Source of the DNA: Malacoraja senta
Lineage: Eukaryota
Assembly: GCA_038087875.1 (NCBI GenBank)
Contig: CM075989.1
Location: 19,284,001 to 19,348,000 of the forward strand
Reading direction: 5' to 3'
Length of the DNA stretch: 64,000 bases
Shown here: positions 36,969-50,350 of the stretch, piece by piece
Numbering within the stretch: the stretch's first letter is position 1
Layout: every line of letters begins with the position of its first letter
The notes under the pieces: generated by a model
The model's input: the letters and a program-made list of their open reading frames with translations, nothing else
What the model was told of the DNA's origin: nothing
Databases searched by the model: none
Made by a program: the position numbers and the translations under genes

Positions 36969-39900
36969 CTCATACTGCGCAGAGTTCTCCAATTTCAGGC
37001 AACCTGTTCTCCCTCTGTCCCTTTTCATCTCTTTCTGATCTACCCAGGTCCTCTCACACAATCCCTTCTTTTCAACCCCACCTCCAATCACCCAGTTCCT
37101 TTTCCCTCCCCCACCCAACCATTCTTTTGCATCAAAAGAATTTACACAAGACTTCAAATATAATGTATTCAAAATTCTACTCTAAAATAAACTATTTACA
37201 ACAATATTAAATACCCAAGGATAAAAATAGTCAGTGCTTTATTTGTGATGGTACGTGTCGGTACATGGTAGCGGCACCCCTCAAATTAAAAAAAAAGATT
37301 TTTACCATTTTTAATATTACAAAACGATTACTAAAGTTTAAAAAAATAACATCTATTAATTTAATTTGGCAGTCAGGTCCAAAAAGAGCTTAAACAGGAT
37401 ATAGGATGACAATCCACTATACCAATAGAAAGGAACAAGATCAGTTTATAGTGTTTAATTTGTAACTAAGGTACAAAACAGATGTGGACCGAGCATTTTC
37501 CATTTTTGCTTAACAAGTACTAATATTGTGAAAAGATTGCAATGTTAATCATCATTCAATGAAAATGCAGCAGGCTCATATTTGGTTAAATTAAAAAACA
37601 TTTGCTCAACTGAAGACTGAATTGAATCAAAACTGATGCAATTAGGTTCCTTGGTACAATATCTGTTCAATTATGATTTTTGTTGGTACTGTTAAGGCCT
37701 TGCAACCATTGAAAGGATCTATAGGTGACACTGCCTCAAAAAGGCAGCCAATATCATCAAAGATCCACACCACCCTGGCCATTTCCCTACTACAATTGGG
37801 AAGAAGGTGCAGGAGCCTGATAACCGTGACCTCTGGGTTCAAGAACGGCTTCTTCCCAGCAACTATCAGGCTCTTGCTGCATAACACTGCCCTCAACAAC
37901 TATGATCTTATCTGGACTATGTCCTTTGTGGCACTATGGACTTTGATTTTTGCATTATTTTGGTTGCCTATTATCACAGTTATTAATTTATTGTATTTTT
38001 GATTATTATATATCTATCTGCATATTATTACAGTTACGGGCCTGTTAAGCTGCAGCAAATAAGAATTTCATTGTTCTGTTATTGGCAATTATAATTACAA
38101 CATGACATTAAATATACTTGACTTGTTTAGAAGTTCCAATACTGTCTGCTATTGCCATATTACCCTGTAGCACAGGATTTACACAAGACCCAGTAACTGT
38201 CTCACCTATAGTTTATAGCTTAGTGTGGGCTCTCACCGGTACTTTAATCAATTGTAATTTTCTCATGAGCACTTTAAGTGGATGAAAGGTGAACTGTTTA
38301 AAAGCCCTGGTACTCTGATCTGCTTTGTTTTCCTTTTGCTCTCTTGAGAAATTAACATTTCAAAGCCTCATTGTTAAAATAAATTAATACAAATGTAAAG
38401 GCGGCAACAACTAACCAAGAAATTAACCACATAAATAATGATGCAAATAATTTTAAAAACCGTTTAGATTACTATGGTTTGGTTCATATTAGATGTAGGT
38501 TAAAAAAAAACCATGTTGGATCCAATTTCATTGTTTCATATATTAGTCACGTAAAATGAGTAATGACCTCATCAGGTTATAAATATCTTCTGGGACATTT
38601 AATTTCGTAGCTTCCCAGTTACTGATGTTGGTTGAACATCCACTGACCGTGAATTGAATAGTTGCCATATAGCATGCAATGCTTTTACTGGGACCTATTC
38701 TTGACCAGTCACAGTTCTGCTGGCAAGGTTAAACAAAAGAACTAGGATTTAATAAATTGTAGAGTCCATTTGCCAACTGGAAATATAAATGATTAGGCTA
38801 TGGTATCATTATCAATGATGGATTTTGTATTTTAAAAAGGCAAAATATATGTATCAAAGTAAGACATGAACAGAATCTATAAGGAAAACACAATCTACTT
38901 ATGGGCAATTTGATGCAGGGAGACATTGATCTGCCATGTGGCATAATTTCTTATATTCCATGAACTATTTTTTTGCTCATTGTATCATTTCTAGACATAA
39001 TGATCTAACAAAAGCTTTCATTAATTTGCAGTGCAATTTAGGTCGTTAGATTGAAGAAACATTCTTCCTCAAACTTTCTCAAAATCTCATGCTAAGTCAT
39101 ACTCATAAGTTACTTTAACAGTTCAGTCCTAATATCAGTTCCTTGCGTGTGCCTGCCAACATCCCTGTTTATCCTAGCTGTTCGTGTTGTGCACGTCCAG
39201 TAACATTAATAGTAACTGTCAGTATCAATTCAATGTCACAATTAATGCTATATATGGCAGTCATTTTCTGGGGGAGGCAATAGGCCAGAATAATCAATTT
39301 GGTCGATGGCTTCAGGATATTAAGACCATGAACAGTGAGCCATGAACACTTAATTGGAGATCTGATAGAAATATATAAGATTAAGAAAGGCATTGAAAGG
39401 GTAGACAGTCAGAACCTTTTTTTCCCCAATCTGGAACTTTCAAAAACTAGAGGGCATAATTTTAGTGAGAAGAGCAAAGTTTAAAGGAGATGACTATGCC
39501 AAGATTGTTTTCACGGAGAGTGGTGGGTGCCTGGAACATGCTGGCAGGGGTAGTCTGGAGACAGATACAATAGGAGTACAATAGAGGCTTATAAATAGGC
39601 ATCGGTATGTACAGGGAATGGAGGGATATGGATTATGGGTAGGCAGAGGAGATTAGTTCCATCACAGTGAGGAGATGTTGGAGATCCACTGTGATGGATG
39701 TTTATGTAAACTGTGTTAAGTGTGGGTCTTGGTTTTTTTTTTGTAATGTAAAACTGTAGAAAATGCAATTTCGTTCAAACCAAGTTGTTAGAATGACAAT
39801 AAAAGGCATTCTATTCTATTTTTCTATTCTAGTTTAACTGGGCATCATAAAGTCAGAAGGAATACGAGTAGAATTAGGCCATTCAGCCCATCAAGTTGAC

Positions 39901-41387
39901 TCCGCCATTCAATCATGGCTGATCTATCTCTCCCTCCCAACCCCATTCTCCTGCCTTCTCCCCATAACCTCTGACACCTGTACTAATCAAGAACCATCAT
40001 GTTCAGCATGGACATTACGGGCTGTAGGACCTGCTCCTGTGCTGTACTGTTTGGTGTGGACAGGCGAGAGGACCCGAGGACACAAAGAACTGCACATCTG
40101 GAATCTTGAATAAAACACAAAGTGCTGGAGTAACTCAGTGGGTCAGTCAGTATCCCTGGAGGACATGGATAGATGATGTTTCAGATTGGAAACCTTGAAA
40201 GGAAGTGGGGTTTTGAGGTACTGAACATTCTCAATGGGAACTGGGAAAGGAAAGAGGAGATCTGATGAACAAGATGAAGAATTTTACAAAATAAAATGGA
40301 AATTATGTATTTCCATTGTTTGATAAATTAGTAGGGATATGCCATGAGTTTCGGATCAGCACCAATGGAACAAGATTGAGGCTGGGACAATATTTTTGTG
40401 TGCAGTGTCCATGTCACGTTTAAATAAAAAAATGTTTGGCAAATAAATATTAATATATGAGAGCAGGAGAAATGGGACCAAGTTAAAGTCCTTGCTGAAA
40501 GCAAACATAAAAGCATAATTGGCTGAATGTCCTCCAATTGTAGTGTAGAATATTTCATGCACTATTTTCTACCAGATTTTTTCTCGAATCCCTATTTAGT
40601 CATGGAAACATTTAAATTCCTTTGAGGTACTGTAAATTCTGAAAAGGCTTGGGATTCTCAAGAGTGGCAATTTGTTTTCAGTCACAACCAGTGCTTTTTT
40701 GTTAATAAAAATGTGCACACATATTAAAAGTTTAAAAAAAGGCAGAAACAAGAAATTGCAGATGCTTGTTTACAAAAGATAGACACAAAGTGCTGGAGTA
40801 ACTCGGTGGTCAGGACGCATCTAAATAACATGGATAGGTGACCTTTCAGGTGGGGACCCTTCAAAGAAATTGAGAAATTAGGAACTGCAGATGGTGGTTA
40901 ACAAAAAAAAGTTACATTTTCCAACATTTTTCCACCATCAAAATACCCCCCTTTTCTTTTTTGAATTTGTGATCAATCAACTTCTAATTTAACAAATGAA
41001 GAAACTAATAAAAAAGTAAATAATAATTCTAAAAACCTGAAAATCTACTTTGTAACTTTTTATAGAGGTGCCAGTACACTGCACTGATGTGTAATGTCAC
41101 AAAAAAAAACACTGGTCACAACAGCACAGAGCAATATAATTGTTGAAAATTGGTGTGATACATAATCCAAATTCTGAAGGAAGAGTTCTCCACTATTCTC
41201 CGAGTCTTCCTCCCTAAACTCCTGTGCTCTCCAGTTTAAATATAATCTACACCAAACATTCAGCAACTCATCAGTAATAGCTGTGGCACTGCTGGTTATC
41301 TTTAAAACAGCTATGCAACCTGTAAACTTGCTGCCAGCAGATCTGTGAAATAGTAGATATGAGTAAGTCCAAAGAGTCTTTAATTCT

Positions 41388-41696
41388 TTTAGTTTAGTTT
41401 AGATTAGAGATACGATGAGGAAATAGGACCTTCGGCCGACCGGGTCCGCGCCGACCAGCGATCCCCGCACATTAACACGATCCTACACACACTAGGGACA
41501 ATTTTTACATTTACCAAGCCAATTAATCTACAAACCTGTACGTCTTTGGAGTGTGGGAGGAAACCGAACTTCTCGGCAAAAGCCCACGCAGGTCACGGGG
41601 TGAACGTACAAACTCCGTACAGACAGCACCCGTAGTCGGGATCGAAGCCGAGTCCCCGGCGCTGCAAGCATTGTAAGGCAGCAACTCTATTGCTGC
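41388..41696 (-). mobile_element. V-SINE (HE1-like), CpG-rich copy
   Basis: tRNA-like head, V-domain and (ctaaa)n tail. Confidence 0.82.
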
Positions 41697-41842
41697 GTTC
41701 TCATTCTTATACAAAAAAATCATAAAACCCAAGAACAATCCTTCTATTGAACAAATAAAACCCCTTTCAAATGGCCTAAACACTGAATCAATTGTTTAAC
41801 CTCTTTCTTTCTGGATGATACATAGGCATTGCTAATCTGTAC

Positions 41843-41948
41843 CTCAAAGTTTCCAAGCAGGCTCAGACTGGTTGCTGGCGGAGCACTAAAACTCAGGAAC
41901 TGCTTCCCTTGGTCAGCATCATTCTCTGGTCTTAAATACCTCCTCTGG
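41843..41948 (-). CDS. ATOSA: ATOSA exon: (S)QRRYLRPENDADQGKQFLSFSAPPATSLSLLGNFE
   Basis: Flanked by tag and gtacag; 106 nt, phase 2/0; SLLGNFE motif. Confidence 0.92.
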
Positions 41949-43152
41949 CTATAAAGAAAAGAAAACATGTCATAAAACCAAGCAATTTGGCCTTTTGTTT
42001 GGTGGAGTCAACATCACAAAGAACAAAATCAATGAATCATGTAAAAGCTGTATAAATGGAATATATTGTTATAAATTAAATGCAAGAAACAACATTAACC
42101 CTTAATTAACTCAAATAAATGGATACTAATATCTCTAAATCCTGGGTTTTGACATACACGTCTCTCATTGAAATAGTTTCTCACAATCGTGAAATCAGTG
42201 CAACAGAAATGACAAAGATTAGAATATGCCACCTCTATACAGAATGGTGTTCACATCCCCTCCACCAGCTGGCAGTTCTTTCCATTTCTGTACTTCAACC
42301 TTTCACTGGGGATTGTTATGTTGGTAATGTGCACTGTTATTTTGCACAAATACAGGATCAAAAACAAAGTGCCTCAACATGAGAGGAAAACACTGCTGGC
42401 TTGCCAGCAGATGGTGCTCAACTCCATTCATTGGGCTTAAAAGCCAAGATATGAACCTAACATTGTACAATCTACAATTGTAGATTATAAGAACCTAGCA
42501 ATTGTAAAACACGGAGTTATCGTCTTAATACTGATTTTAGCAATTGCATGACGTCTCTCTCTAGAAAGAGGATATATGCGGATCTGGGCAAAGTTTGATG
42601 TGGACTTTTTATTAAAAAAGTGTTGCAGGTTGCAAATGATGAATTACATTGTAATTTATCCAGTAAATGTGAATTTTGTACTTGGGCACTCGCAGATTAA
42701 AATATGTCACAATGGAAAAAGTGGCATCAAAACATTCCAATTAAAATGAATTGGAGCGTTACAATAATAAATCTCAAAAACACGAGTTCCATGGCACATA
42801 CAACTCTCTGGGTAAACCAACCTAAAAACACCATTCCACTTACAGCTTTGTTTCAGTCTCTTGACTAGAAATTGTGTCTTGCTTAGGGCATTTAAGGAAA
42901 GAAGTCAATAGAGTGAAATTACCTCAGTTAAAACAATGATATTTGTTTTGAACAAAAACAGAACATTGCCAACTTATGTAATCGGCAATTGACTCTTCAA
43001 ACATTGTAAAATCCTGAAAAGCAATTCATTAGAGTTGATGAGCAAATTGCCAACTAAATTTGGTTTGCATCTGTATCAAAAGACTGACACTTGATTACTG
43101 TTGAATGCCACTTGTTTTTTTTTTCAAACTGTAGAAACAGACACAGAAATAC

Positions 43153-43232
43153 CTTTTGCAAGGTACCCCTTTTAGTCTTTGCAATGAAGTGTCCAGGTCA
43201 AAGTATCCCGATTGTTTTTTTCTTGGTGGAAC
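43153..43232 (-). CDS. ATOSA: ATOSA exon: VPPRKKQSGYFDLDTSLQRLKGVPCK(S)
   Basis: Flanked by aag and gtattt; 80 nt, phase 0/2; SGYFDLD motif; joins neighbours in frame. Confidence 0.88.
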
Positions 43233-46200
43233 CTTGGTGTACAACAAGATAAATTCTATTAACAATTAAGATATGCTGATTTACAGACTCTGACACTAAA
43301 CCACACCTATGATTGTAACAAACAAAATGTTCAACAATAATCCTTAGGTAATACCACAAAAGACTTTTAGATGATAAGGAAATGAAGAAAGATGGGGTTA
43401 GTGCAGGAAAACAGGGTTGAGGTAAGAAAATTAGCCATGGTCTTATTGAATGGCAAGGCTGCATGATTTAATAGTGCTTCTATTTCCTGTGTTTTATAAT
43501 ACATAAAGACTATTTTCTGATGCCATTAAAAATGGCCCAAACATGAAGCTCACTCACAACCAGATTCCACAGTTTATAGTTTAGTTTGAAACCTATATAG
43601 TGAAATAGAGCTTTCAATGGTACTTTTATAGGAATACAGATGTAGGTCATTCAGCTGCTGTCATTCAATTACATCATGGATTATCTGTAGCTCAATTCCA
43701 TTCACCTGCTTTTGATCTCTGTATCTGCGAATAGCCTTAGCAAACACAAATCTGCCAATCCTCTACGTGGAATTTTCAATTGACACAGCATTACTATCTC
43801 TTGCAGGGTGGGGAGGCAGACTGAGATAGTTCTGGATTTACAGAGTGAAAAAATAGTTTTCTGATTGCAGCCAATATAATGTAGATCAAATGCAAAAATT
43901 TCTCCTGTATTCTGGATTTCCCTGACAGCTTCTCTGTGTCTGTTTTACTGAATCCCATTACCATTTTAAAGACTGGGTCAAATAATTTTATAAAATCTAT
44001 TCCATCAGTCCACATAATGCAATTGTTCAAGTCCAGTTTCCAGTCTGGTGAATCTGCACTGCACTCCTCCATAATAGTCACATACTTCTGAATATGTGCA
44101 TAAAACTAAAATGAGTTCTCCAGACCGAGGCTAACCAAAGCTCCGTACACCTGAAACATCTCTTCCCTATTATTGTATTCCAAGACTCTTCAGATGTTGC
44201 ATAAAATTCCATTAGCCATTCCATCAGTCTACAAGAGACTGCAGATGCTGAAATCTTGAGCAAAAAACAAAGGTTGGAGGAACAGAGAGTCAGGCAGCAT
44301 CCGTGGAGGGAATGGACAGACAACATTTCGGGTCGGGACCTTTCTTCAGACTTCTTGTTCATCTTTTGCTTTAACTGATTATTTGCAAATGGTTCATCGA
44401 ATTATTTTGCTCCTCAGCAACACTTGACCTCTCACCATTGACATCAACTGAATTCTCCATCTCGGATCCAGAATGGATATAAACTCATATCGCCCTGCAC
44501 TTATTTCTATAAGCCATATTTTTATTAACTCATTCAATATTTCTTCCTACTTGCATTTACATGTTACTTGTAAATGTGACTTGTTATTTATAAACATAAC
44601 CTTTTGTTCCTTCATCCAAATCATTTACATAAATATGGTGAAGTGTTATCGCTGCAACCCAATCTCTTGAAAAAATATGATTCATCACATCTTAATAATT
44701 ACAGAATTGCCATGACACAGCACGTTAATTACCAAGTATTGGAAAGTGGAATTAGAATAGATGGGTACTTGATGCTTGACGTGAACATGGTAGGCTAAAG
44801 GGCCTATATTCATGCCGTATGATTCCATGAGAGCATTTACATTCTAATTTTAAAGTTAATTGGCCTCTGCAATTTGGTCTTAATGTGGAGAGAGTGGATA
44901 CGAAAGTGGGATAACAAAAAATTATTGTGAATGGGTAATGGATGGTCAGCATTGACTCGGTGGGCCGAAGGGACTGTTTTCATGTTAACACTAATGAACA
45001 TAAACAGGTAGAAATCAAAGTCTTGAGTATCTTTGATCCTAGTAATTTCTCCATCATCAATTTTATTTGTATGAAATCCAGTTAGCTCACCAAGACCAGC
45101 TTATCAATCCAAAGAAGAGTCCTGACCCAAAACGTTGCCTCTTCATTTCCCTCCACAGATGCTGCCTGACATGCTGAGTTCCTCCAGCACTGTATGTTTT
45201 GGCCAAGGTTCCAACATCTGCAGTTCCTTGCATCTCCAAGCTCACCTCTAGGCCTTGTTTTTGGTTCCCTTAGATTAATAGCGTTCTATTCTCTTTCCCT
45301 TTGACAATTATTTTTACCTATACCAAACACGTTACTGGCAAGCCTACAATGCCTTGTCTTTGTTGTCTCAACCGCAATTGTTTTAGTGCATCAACATTCA
45401 TCTTTATCAATCCTCTTCTCTTCATATATTTACAAACGGATGGCTATCGCTAGTATGTTTACAACTTCTCACAATTAACTTCTGCTAAGTTGACTGTGAG
45501 CTGGCTCATATATTATCCCATCAAATACTCTTCCTTCATCCTCTCAAATTTAATGTCAATTTCAGTCAATTGCTTATTTTAAGATAGTTTACTATTGTCA
45601 GATTTTTAATGGATTTATTCTCACCATCGCTGTCATTAAAATTTAGGTCAAATCTATTTTATTGTTGCACTAAAGTACCACATTCGACAAACCTACCCTG
45701 AAAGCATTCTGGGAACGCATCATTACTTACGTAGTTCTACTTACGTAGTATAGTAAGACCTGAGTGATCTCCTGGACAAGTGTCGATCGCCTGGATTGGG
45801 GTCGGAGAGGAATTTCCCGGATTTTTTTCCCGAATTGGACCTGGGTTTTTATCCGGTTTTTTGCCTCCCCCAGGAGATCACGCGGTTCTTGGGGTGGAGA
45901 GGGGTGATAGCGATATAAAGGGGAGGGTAGTGTCTTGTGTTCTGTGTCTTGTGTCTACTGTTTGTGGGTAAGGGTGTCTGTTTAGTGTTCAGCCATGAGC
46001 GAATGGCGGTGCGGGCTCGATGGGCCTGGTGGTCTACTCTCGCACCTACTTTCTATGTTTCTATGTTTCTATGTTTTAGTGAAAAGTAAAGCTCTTGCCA
46101 CAACATTGTCTTTTTTGTTAGATTATTCTATGCTCTCTATATTTACACATGACCCAGGAACATAACTCGTATTAGGAGATCTAAGCTCTTACAACTATTT

Positions 46201-47567
46201 TCTTTTTTCAAATTAGATCAAGGACATTCATTTATTTAAGCTTACAAGCAGCTGAATATTACATAAACCTTTCACAGTAATCTGCTTCACCCATTGCACA
46301 TCATAAGTACATTCACCTAGGTCTAACTGGATTGACTGAAGAGGCAGAATTCAGTATTAAAAATATTACCTGTCTAAAAAAATTCTTTCAATTATTCTCG
46401 GAGACTGGAAATTGAGGTACCTCACCATGAAATTGCCTGCTCAAAAATGCTGAAAACAGCAATGGTGAGCATTTCAAAATTTTTAAGTTGAAACTGAAAT
46501 TACATCATGTTTGCTTGCCAAACATAAAGAGGATGTCGAGTTTAATTTCCAGACTTTGATAAACAACCATAGCTGCATGACTCATAAATATCAAACTTTG
46601 TTAGCACTGACAGCATAGATGAACATTGAAAAGGATATCCACCAGAAAAAAACACTATATTTATTCATGACATTCAAAACCGTGGCTATACACAGTAACA
46701 CTGTTAAATTGTGCTACTGTGAAACAAGTTATTGAAGTATATGAAGGAAAAAAGTTGCTATTTTCCTATGACCAAGTTCAATATAAATGTAATTGGTGGC
46801 AATGGAATTTAAATTGTTCAAATCTCACTTCTGTGGTTGCAATAAAATTGCTTTGTTCCACGTAACTGCGTCACTTTGAAATAAGTTTTAAACTTTTTTA
46901 ATTCCCCTTGATGAACTGAAGCAAAGAGAAGAATCCACATGAACTTTCATGAAACTAGAACCGAACTAGTAACCACGTTTCATGAGAGACTCAGGATGTA
47001 GAATACAATTTTAATATTATCAAGCTGAATATAGTATTTCAATTATAGAGTCAGATGGCATGGAAACAGGTCTGTTGTCCTATTTGGCATGGAAACAAAC
47101 TTGTCCTATTTGCCAGAGTTTGGCCAACATACCTCCAAACTTTTCCTATCTATGTTACTTGTTCAAATGTCTTTTAAATGTTGTTATTGTACCTGCCTCA
47201 ATAACTTCCTCTGGCATATAGTCACCACCCACTGTGTGAAAAGGTTGGCCCTTAGGTTTGTATTAAATTTCCCCCCTTTCCTCTTAAACCTATGCCGCTA
47301 GTTCTTGATTCCGCTATGCTGGGAAAAAGACTGTCCATTCACCATATCTATTCCTCGCATGATGTTATACACCTCCGCCTTGTGTACTCCTTGCTAGCCT
47401 GATCTTTCCTCATACCTCAGCCCCTCGAGTCTTTGAAAATCTTCTCTGCACTCTTTCCATTTCTATTGCCATGTTGTACAGCTTTCATAAACAGTCAAAA
47501 GTTGTAAATTATATTCTTACTGAAAATATATATTTGTTTTATTCTACCATCAATGCTATTAACTTAC

Positions 47568-47696
47568 AGGACTTGAATGCAAGGGCAATCCAGTACATGG
47601 ATGAAAAACTTTTGTTGAAATCCCATCTAACGAACGGCGATTCTGCTTCTTCCAAAAGTTACCAGAAGGTCTCAGAGGAGATTTTGAAAAATTCTT
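47568..47696 (-). CDS. ATOSA: ATOSA exon: KNFSKSPLRPSGNFWKKQNRRSLDGISTKVFHPCTGLPLHSSP
   Basis: Flanked by cag and gtaagt; 129 nt, phase 0/0; FHPxTGLPLxSSP motif. Confidence 0.92.
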
Positions 47697-48619
47697 CTGC
47701 AAGAAAAATGTTTATTATTATCTTAATTTCAAATTTTAGAGCAGGATATTTTTAAAAATGTCTTTATTGGGACAGCGTGTTATGCAGGGATATTACAACT
47801 TAATAACATATGCCATTGTTCTTTATTTGAATTTACAATCCTCACTATAACTCTTTTGTTTACAAGCGATAAATAGCTTGAGTAAGATCAAATGAGTCTT
47901 TTGTCCGTGTGAACAAACAGCCGCAAAAAACTAACCATAAATGCAAGAGTGGATAGAAATTATTATTATTATGAGTTCTAAAATTAGAATGTTCATGCTG
48001 GGACATGATGTGGTGTGAGGTGGATTTTAACCAAAACTGAGTAGTTTGGGTTGGATGCAATAAGATTTCTCAGACCAAACCCTCAGTCCACACTTCTAGA
48101 ATTAGTGGAGGGAGAATGAAAAATAGATGATTATCAGATGGCAAATGGGATGGGAAATTCCAACCTTCATGTGGTCCACCCTGTTTCGACTAATACAATC
48201 AACCCAATGTGCACAAATTAGATCAAATAGAACAAGTTGACATACAACTTTTGGCTGTGCACGCCATACGCAAGAAGAAGATGGCAAATTTGACCTATTT
48301 TGGCCAATTGGACGAGTTTTCCAGGCCACTTGAAAAGTGGTGCTAATGGGAGTCAAAAACATCTGGGTCCAACAGGCTTGTGTTTCTCAGTGTCTTCTGA
48401 CTCACTCACTGAATCCATCTTACTTGCCTCCCAACAGCAACATAAGCCATCATTTCCTATTGACTAGACATTTTTGATCAACCACCCGTCTTCTTGAAAT
48501 TTCCGATGTCATTACCCTCCCTCTTTCTCTCTGCATCCCAGCTAGGGTCCAAAGATACAGGGGTCCCTACCGACAGCCTATTACACCTCAATCTTAATAT
48601 CTGCAGTTGGGAAATAAAA

Positions 48620-50350
48620 GCAAAAAAAAAAGTTAAATCAGGATTTTTTAAATCCGTTCGTGAAACATCCTTGGTAATGCCATAATTTATTCTCCTTTGC
48701 TAATTGCCCTTTAAGCAAGCAATCAGTTATGATCTTTTCATTATAGTGTAGACTCAATGATGTTTGTGATTCAGCCCTCGAATATCTAAGTCCACATGCT
48801 TTAACTGTGTATTGCAGTTCCATGACTGAGGGTGGAGGGATTTTGGATTTAGAATGAGGATGATGTAGATTTAGCAGTTTCCCATTTATCTTGTAGATCA
48901 ACTTCAATGTAGTTCCACTTTCTATATAGTCATTCTATTTCAGTGGGACGCTTGCTGAAGATGAGGTATAGTTCAGTGAGACTGAGAAAATAGTTAGGAT
49001 GATTTTGCAGTCTTCCAAACAGCATTCACCTCTGAGAGTGGGCCTTTTAAAGACTTGGTTCACATCAAGGCTTGCGTGCCATCATGCCATCGAAGCAAGA
49101 TGCAGACAAATTTTTGGAGGCAAACTTATCGTACAATGATGAAAGTAAAAACTTTTCAGAGGTCATAAAACAATCATATATTGTGGCTAATTCAGTTTCC
49201 GATATTTTTTTGGGAGTTAACACGTGTTGAAGATCATGTCCCTTGTGTCTCCATATAGAAAGAACATAATAGGATAGGTAAAATCCACAATGGTATTCAG
49301 GATTGTAGCTCTTTTGATACTCCAGAGGATAGAGGAGGACCATGGCTATGATTATTTCTCCCCTGCAGTAGACAGCATGAACCCTCTGTTGTTACCCCAA
49401 TTGGATATAGCTCCTTTCTTGGAGATGGTCATAATTATGGGATTTGAGGTTCCCAGGCATGTCTTCCCCTTCCCGGAAGTGAGAGATGAGGTTGCAAATG
49501 TGTAACTAAAGTTTCTCTCTGTTCAAGGTTTTACTGGTTTTATCATTTGCCTGCTGGCATCTTGTCAGTCTGGGATGGATTACTGTCGGATAGAATGAAG
49601 GTGAAAGGACTGGACGAGCTAGATGCAGGAAAAATGGTCCCAATGTTGGGGGAGTCCAGAACCAGGGGCCACAGTCTAAGAATAAAGGGGAGGCCAAAGA
49701 TGAGAAAATCTTTTTCACCCAGAGAGTTGTGAATTTGTGGAATTCTCTGCCACAGAAGGCAGTGGAGGCCAATTCACTGGATGAATTTAAAAGAGTTAGA
49801 GCTCTAGGGGCTAGTGGAATCAAGGGATTTTGGGAGAAGGCATGCATGGGTTACTGATTGTGGATGATCAGCCATGATCATAATGAATGGCGGTGGTGGC
49901 TCGAAGGGGTAAATGGCCTCCTCCTGCACCTATTTTCTATGTTTCTATGGAATAGTCATGGGTGAAGGGTTCTTCAAACTGTTCCTTCCCCCTTCCCAAC
50001 AGGTAGTGACTCTCTATTTTTGCTCTTGGTTAACTCTCCTCCATTCTTTGGACAGCAGTTAGACCTTTGCGTGTGTTTACTAAATGTAGTAATGACACAG
50101 TTGAACAATATGCACTTCATGGTTATCAGCAAGTTCCTGGGCATCCTTGCATTTGATCTTGACATCGTCTTGATTTGATGATTGGACATGCTCGTCCTTG
50201 ACAATATGCCAACATTTTCTCGCAAAGCCACCAGCCTTGTTTGGAATGGCCAGCTTCCACCACTGGGACATGTGAGTGCAGGCACAAGTCTTGCCTTTCC
50301 CTCAACAGTGTGTCCATGGCCACCTCATGCACTTTAATGGAACCTGGCAA
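48620..50350 (-). mobile_element. Highly degenerate RTE-clade LINE remnant, interrupted by a + strand CR1 fragment (about 49595-49949)
   Basis: KLIYKINGKLLNLHHPHSKSKIPPPSVMELQY resembles the RTE segment preceding YADD; AQELADNHEV resembles the RTE linker. Boundaries uncertain. Confidence 0.5.

Noticed and set aside
42469..42486. 18-bp perfect palindrome aatctacaattgtagatt
   Set aside because: AT-rich and isolated, with no supporting context.
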